Positions 61,489-64,000 of a DNA stretch of 64,000 bases are shown one piece after another (position 1 is the first letter of the stretch; every line of letters starts with the position of its first letter). The position numbers and the translations under genes were made by a program. Below the pieces are notes generated by a model. The model did no database searches. It was not told the origin of the DNA and saw only the letters and a list, made by a program, of their open reading frames with translations. Origin of the DNA: Solirubrobacteraceae bacterium (lineage in GTDB: Bacteria > Actinomycetota > Thermoleophilia > Solirubrobacterales > Solirubrobacteraceae); contig JBPYFQ010000167.1 of assembly GCA_051985625.1 (NCBI GenBank), forward strand, positions 13,973-77,972, in the 5' to 3' direction.

Positions 61489-62475
61489 TCAGGTGGCTGC
61501 GGCGGCGGCCAGCTGGCCGCAGGCGGCGTCGATGTCGCGCCCACGGGTCAGCCGCACGGTGGCGCTGATCCCCTCGCTCTCCAGCTCGGCCCGGAACGCC
61601 TCGATTGCCTTGGGGCTGGACCCCTCGTACGGGGCGTCGGTCGGGTTGTAGGGGATGAGGTTGACCTTGAACATGCGCGGGTCGAGCACCTCGGCCAGCT
61701 GACGGGCCTGGGCGTAGGAGTCATTGACGCCGGCGAGCATCACGTACTCCACGAAGATCATGCGGCGCTTGGCGGCGTAGTGATCCCGGCAGGCGGCGAG
61801 CACGTCGGCCAGCGGATAGCGGTCGTTGACCGGCATGATCTCCGAGCGCAGCGCGTCATCGGCGGCGTGGAGGGACAGGGCCAGGCGGATCGGCATGGGC
61901 TGGTCGGCCAGCCGCCGGATGCCGGGGACCCAGCCGACGGTCGACACCGCGGTGTGCCGGTGCCCGATCCCCAGCGAGGGGAGCCGCTCGCAGGCGGCGA
62001 GCACCGCGTCGAGGTTCATCATCGGCTCGCCCATGCCCATGAACACCGTGTGGTCGACCGGGCCCATGCGCCGGAAGTGCAGAGCCTGGTCGAGGATCTC
62101 CGACGCGGTCAGGTTGCGGCCGAAGCGCATGGTGCCCGTCGCGCAGAACGTGCAGGTGAGCGGACAGCCCGACTGCGACGAGAGGCAGAGCGAGCGCCGG
62201 CCGTCGCGGTAGCGCATCAAAACCGCCTCCACCGGCCGGCCGTCCGCAGTGGTGAACAGCGCCTTGACCGTGCCGTCGCGGGCATGGGCCTCGGACTCGA
62301 CGGTCAGGCTGGAGAACGGGACGCTCGCCTCCAGCGCGGACCGCAGCTCGAGCGGCAGGTCGGTCATGGCCGAGAAGCCGGTGGCGCCCTGCGCCGTCCA
62401 GCGCCACACCTGCCGCGCCCGGTAGGCGGGCTGGCCGAGATCGGCCAGGGTGTCGTCGAGCAGTTGCAGGTCCAT
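61489..62475 (-). CDS. rlmN: 23S rRNA m2A2503 radical-SAM methyltransferase
   Basis: SSQSGCPLTCTFC, FMGMGEP, SLHA, NLIPYN, DIDAACGQL. Confidence 0.92.
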   Translation of the reverse strand: MDLQLLDDTLADLGQPAYRARQVWRWTAQGATGFSAMTDLPLELRSALEASVPFSSLTVESEAHARDGTVKALFTTADGRPVEAVLMRYRDGRRSLCLSSQSGCPLTCTFCATGTMRFGRNLTASEILDQALHFRRMGPVDHTVFMGMGEPMMNLDAVLAACERLPSLGIGHRHTAVSTVGWVPGIRRLADQPMPIRLALSLHAADDALRSEIMPVNDRYPLADVLAACRDHYAAKRRMIFVEYVMLAGVNDSYAQARQLAEVLDPRMFKVNLIPYNPTDAPYEGSSPKAIEAFRAELESEGISATVRLTRGRDIDAACGQLAAAAAT

Positions 62476-62496
62476 GCTCACTATGTTGACAGCGCG

Positions 62497-63261
62497 ATGC
62501 GCCTAGCCAAGTTCCTCGCCACCGCCGGGGTGGCGTCGCGCCGCGCCGCCGAGGACATCGTCCGCGCCGGCCGAGTGACCGTCAACGGCGAGACGATCAC
62601 CGATCCGGCCCGGGACACCACACCCGACGACGCGGTTCTCGTCGACGGGCAGCTGATCGAGGCCGGCACCGACCGGGTCGTCTACATCCTCAACAAGCCC
62701 CTCGGGGTCGTCTCGACGGCGTCCGACCCGCAGGGGCGGCCGACGGTCGTCACGCTCATCCCGTCCCCGCACCGCCTCTACCCGGTCGGCCGGCTGGACA
62801 TGGACACCACCGGGCTGATCCTGATGACCAACGACGGCGAGCTCGCCCACCGCCTGACCCACCCCAGCTTCGAGGTGCCCCGCACCTACCGGGCCCGCGT
62901 CGACCGGGCGCCGGTGCGCGACGTCACCCTGCGCCGGCTACGCAACGGCATCACGCTCGACGACGGGCCGACCGCGCCGGCCCGCGTCCGCCGGTTGGGT
63001 GGGCGGGATTCCGATTTGCTGGAGATCACCATCCACGAGGGCCGCAAGCGCCAGGTCAAGCGGATGTGCGAGGCGGTCGGCCATCCGGTGCGGCGGCTGG
63101 AGCGGGTGGCGTTCGGGCCGCTGACCCTGGGCGATCTCGCCCCGGGAGCCCACCGGCAGCTGACCCCCGATGAGGTGGCGGCGCTCAGCCGGGCTGGTAG
63201 ATCAGCACGTCGTGGGGCAGCCTCGTCGTATGCAGCGCGCGGGCGACATCCCGGCGGCTGA
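62497..63261 (+). CDS. rluB: RsuA/RluB-family pseudouridine synthase
   Basis: S4 domain MRLAKFLA..GVASRR, LNKP, GRLD, EGRKRQVKRM. Confidence 0.88.
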   Translation: MRLAKFLATAGVASRRAAEDIVRAGRVTVNGETITDPARDTTPDDAVLVDGQLIEAGTDRVVYILNKPLGVVSTASDPQGRPTVVTLIPSPHRLYPVGRLDMDTTGLILMTNDGELAHRLTHPSFEVPRTYRARVDRAPVRDVTLRRLRNGITLDDGPTAPARVRRLGGRDSDLLEITIHEGRKRQVKRMCEAVGHPVRRLERVAFGPLTLGDLAPGAHRQLTPDEVAALSRAGRSARRGAASSYAARGRHPGG

Positions 63262-64000
63262 GGAGCACCGGCCGGTCGGCGGCCATGGTCAGGATCGTCC
63301 ACTGCAGGACGTGGCGGCGCGAGACGACGTGGAAGCCGGCGATGTCATACCGGCGCTGCATGGCCGACGGGATGAGATTGCAGGCCGCCCCCCACCAGCA
63401 CACCGGCTGGCCGGGGGAGACGACCGAGATGACGTCGATCTGCGCCACCCGTTCCGGCCGATGGAGGAACCGCAGGCCCGGGAGATAGAGCGACAGCGGG
63501 AGCAGGTCGGTGTAATGCTGGACGAGAATCGCGCGTCCGGGAGACGCCGGCGCCCGCTCGCCGAGCGCCCGGGCCACGTAGCGCCAGTCCGGGCGCTGCA
63601 TGCTGCGCTCGGTGGCGACCCCGACGGCGGCCCACACCCCGGTGGCGCACAGCACCACCGCCACCGCGGCGCCGGCCAGCGGCGCTCGGCGCGCGGCCAG
63701 CCCGCCGGCGATGACGATCGCGGCCGGCAGCCACAACGCGATGATGTTGCGGGTGATGAGGTCGTCGAAGCCGGCGGCGACGAACAGCAGCGCCAGCACG
63801 AAGCCGCCGACGGCCAGGCCGCCGGCGATGATCGTCCCACGCCGCTCGGCCGCGGTCGCCCGAAACGCCAGCAGCCCCAGCGCCACCACCGCCAGCCCCA
63901 TCGCCAGGTACTTGACCACCAGGCGATGCGGCGCGTTGGTCCCGATCAGGAACTGGGGGATGATCTGACGCAGCCGGATCCCGAACGGCGCGTGGGAGAT
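63185..64000 (-). CDS. Polytopic membrane protein, possibly a GT-C/PMT-like glycosyltransferase C-terminus (partial, 5' end outside window)
   Basis: Several TM segments followed by RPDWR and a soluble tail; the frame is open to the window edge. Confidence 0.5.
   Translation of the reverse strand: MSHAPFGIRLRQIIPQFLIGTNAPHRLVVKYLAMGLAVVALGLLAFRATAAERRGTIIAGGLAVGGFVLALLFVAAGFDDLITRNIIALWLPAAIVIAGGLAARRAPLAGAAVAVVLCATGVWAAVGVATERSMQRPDWRYVARALGERAPASPGRAILVQHYTDLLPLSLYLPGLRFLHRPERVAQIDVISVVSPGQPVCWWGAACNLIPSAMQRRYDIAGFHVVSRRHVLQWTILTMAADRPVLLSRRDVARALHTTRLPHDVLIYQPG

Noticed and set aside
61489-62475. Cfr-type resistance methyltransferase
   Set aside because: The motifs and housekeeping context fit RlmN; there is no mobile context.

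Overview
Very GC-rich actinobacterial DNA. The split gcvPA/gcvPB, the lack of ftsA, the DNPR-type MurE and many apparently leaderless genes suggest Thermoleophilia/Solirubrobacterales (inference). The left ~21 kb is an accessory island in which a complete paeninodin/pseudomycoidin-type lasso-peptide system is interleaved with a glycan-synthesis and decoration locus. The lasso part comprises a precursor (21-aa core, predicted Ala1-Asp9 ring, C-terminal Ser), a cyclase, a split B1/RRE and B2 peptidase, two tandem HPr-kinase-like kinases, a nucleotidyltransferase, an ABC-2 exporter and a LuxR regulator. The glycan part comprises two GT2, one GT14, two GT4, three acyltransferases, two methyltransferases and a Wzx flippase. 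A 97-bp direct repeat (9 mismatches) indicates that a 6.3-kb glycan cassette was inserted between the nucleotidyltransferase and ABC genes. The rest is mostly core genome. It contains the dcw cluster (murE-F-mraY-murD-ftsW-murG...murC-[murB relic]-ftsQ-ftsZ, interrupted by a cupredoxin/Sco/TlpA module and a divergent GH6), two gmd-like genes, tatC/tatA, gcvT-H-PA-PB, a DyP peroxidase, a diguanylate cyclase, trpS-scpA-scpB, an OatA-like/SGNH pair, rlmN and rluB. No rRNA, tRNA, CRISPR array, integrase or transposase was recognised. All calls come from motif reading by eye, without database searches.
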